The notes beneath the pieces were generated by a model. That model made no database searches, was not told the DNA's origin, and was given only the letters and a program-made list of their open reading frames with translations. DNA of 64,000 nucleotides. It comes from Vicugna vicugna (lineage: Eukaryota). The DNA lies in contig MU058289.1 in the NCBI GenBank assembly GCA_013265495.1, forward strand, positions 558,001 through 622,000, in the 5' to 3' direction. Shown here one piece after another: positions 62,401 through 64,000 of this stretch. The position numbers and the translations under genes are program-made. Every line of letters starts with the position of its first letter. Positions within the stretch are counted from its first letter, which is position 1.

Positions 62401-62890
62401 CCTGGTTGGCCCTCCAACCCCTCTCCAGGATAAAGGCTCCTGTAAGATCCCTGTCCCCTCTCTAGGCCCAAAATTAAGTCCTAGTTCTTTTCTTTGCATG
62501 CAGTATATTCAGCTGCCTGAGACTGGGGCAGAAGGGTGAGGCTGCGTAACAACCCTAAGGACAGTGCCTGGAACCCAAGGGCACATCCTTGTTTATTCCT
62601 GGGCTATAGAGGTGGCAGGAGAGCCTCTCAGGCAGAGCAGACAAGGCTTCTCAGTTCCTGCAGAGGCCCCCGGCACCTCCACCTGGGAGGGCTGGCTCCC
62701 TGTTCTTCCTGCATACAGGTACCACCTTGCTTAAGATAGTCCCCAGAAAATAGGTGACCCCAAAGCCAGAGTGGCCAACCTCCCTGTCATTCTCTACAGG
62801 GTGTGAGGGCAGAGGGCTCGTGGCTATGTGCCCTGCATTCCCTCCCTCTCTCCTTCTCTCTTCCAGAGCATCACCAACATCATTCCCTAA
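59438..62890 (+). CDS. SBSN: Suprabasin, 4 exons, 367 aa
   Basis: Exons 59438-60406, 61767-61832, 61941-61985, 62867-62890 (1104 nt); signal peptide MHLASVVSSCSLLLLLGALPGWA, DDPIEKVIEGINRGLSNAEREVGKAL, Gly/Gln/His/Ala repeats, ASVNKPFIDFPTLWK|SITNIIP*; AATAAA at 63027-63032. Confidence 0.95.
59889..60155 (+). repeat. 54-bp coding tandem repeat (FGQGIHHAAGQAGKEGEK), 5 near-identical units
   Basis: tttggtcagggcatccaccatgccgctgggcaggctggg recurs every 54 nt; diverged units flank the array. Confidence 0.9.
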
Positions 62891-64000
62891 ACTGATGAAC
62901 TGGCCATGTTGAACAGACTGACATTCCTGTTGTCACATCATCTGAAGTGACCTGAAGGAGCTGGGCGGGGTGGGGGGCGGGGAAAGATTTCTGGAGTCCC
63001 TGAACGGGGCTGTACTTAGATCTGTGAATAAATATAACCCCCGGTACTCTCATCATGGTCCACGGTGCTTCCTAAGAAGGGGTTGGAGGAAGGCTTGTCT
63101 TTTCTTCTCTTGCTACTTTGCTGAAGGAGCTGTGGGTCGTGGGATCTGATGCACAGGATGGGTTGAACTGTAGATTTCAGGCTGATCAGATCTCCGAGGG
63201 CGGTTATGGGGACAAGCCATGCCTCATTAGTACGAAGTTCATGCTCGGCTTTGGGAGGGACATCTGTGCAGGGAAAGCTGCCCTAGCCAGTATGGGGGCC
63301 AAAGCATCAGAGAAGAGGGCAGGGACCCTGGTGAAGCCCACGGGGGTAGCATCCTCATCCAGGGGTGTGGCACCAAAGGAATAACAATAGTAGCTTGTGT
63401 GTATTGTGCAATTAAGGCGTGCGAGGCTCCCTGTGCTTTACATGCATGACATCACCGAATCCTCCCAACCATCCAGTTAGGTAAGAGGTCCTGCTATTGC
63501 CCCATTTTATAGAGAAGCACACGGAGGCTCATGCAAGTTAAGAAATGTGACCGAGATCACATGGTAAATGGAGGGAGAAACAGCCCAGAGCTACCAAGGC
63601 TGTTCTGAAAACCCAGAAGTCTTTTCCTGCTTCATTTCAGTAGCGAGGGGAGTCAGTGAAGAAAGAGAGAGGAAAGAGGTACGTGCGCCCAGTTTTCTGA
63701 CCTATCGGCAGCTCAAAGCCCGGAAGAATGACAGCAGCTGCTTAGTAGGTTCCAGGTACCGTGTGAAGGCCTGTTCATTCTCTGTAAGCATTTAAGCCTC
63801 TCACAGCCCAAAAGCAGAAGTTCTCTTATGATCCCCATTGTATAGATGAGGAAACTAGGGCTCAGAGGAGCCAGGGCACTTGCCCGGGGTAACCCATGAG
63901 AAAGCAGCAGGCCTGTCTATTGCCAGAACCTGACCTTTCACAAGTTGCCTATGAAGTCTCCAGAGCACTTGCCAGGCACGGGCCTGAGTGCTGGGAGACC

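Overview
Mammalian genomic DNA, probably a camelid (inferred from tRNA-derived Vic-1-like SINEs). It is syntenic, in reverse orientation, with the human SBSN-GAPDHS-TMEM147-ATP4A-PMIS2 block. Five known intron-containing genes were assembled by hand: PMIS2 (-, 133 aa), ATP4A (+, 22 exons, 1034 aa), TMEM147 (-, 7 exons, 224 aa), GAPDHS (-, 11 exons, 405 aa) and SBSN (+, 4 exons, 367 aa). The most interesting part is 8-21 kb, which holds a small CD225/dispanin (IFITM-like) cluster: PMIS2, an intact divergently oriented 116-aa paralog I cannot name (14556-15287), and a disabled duplicate (ATG>GTG plus a 1-nt frameshift) that kept a copy of the CCAAT-rich promoter. Other points: the ATP4A intron 2 donor reads CT instead of GT; a tailless 5'-half tRNA-Gly(TCC) retrocopy; a polyadenylated retrocopy of the 3' hairpin of an H/ACA scaRNA (SCARNA13/U93-like); and an internally deleted L1 with target-site duplications. 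Gene and repeat family names come from recognition, not from database searches.
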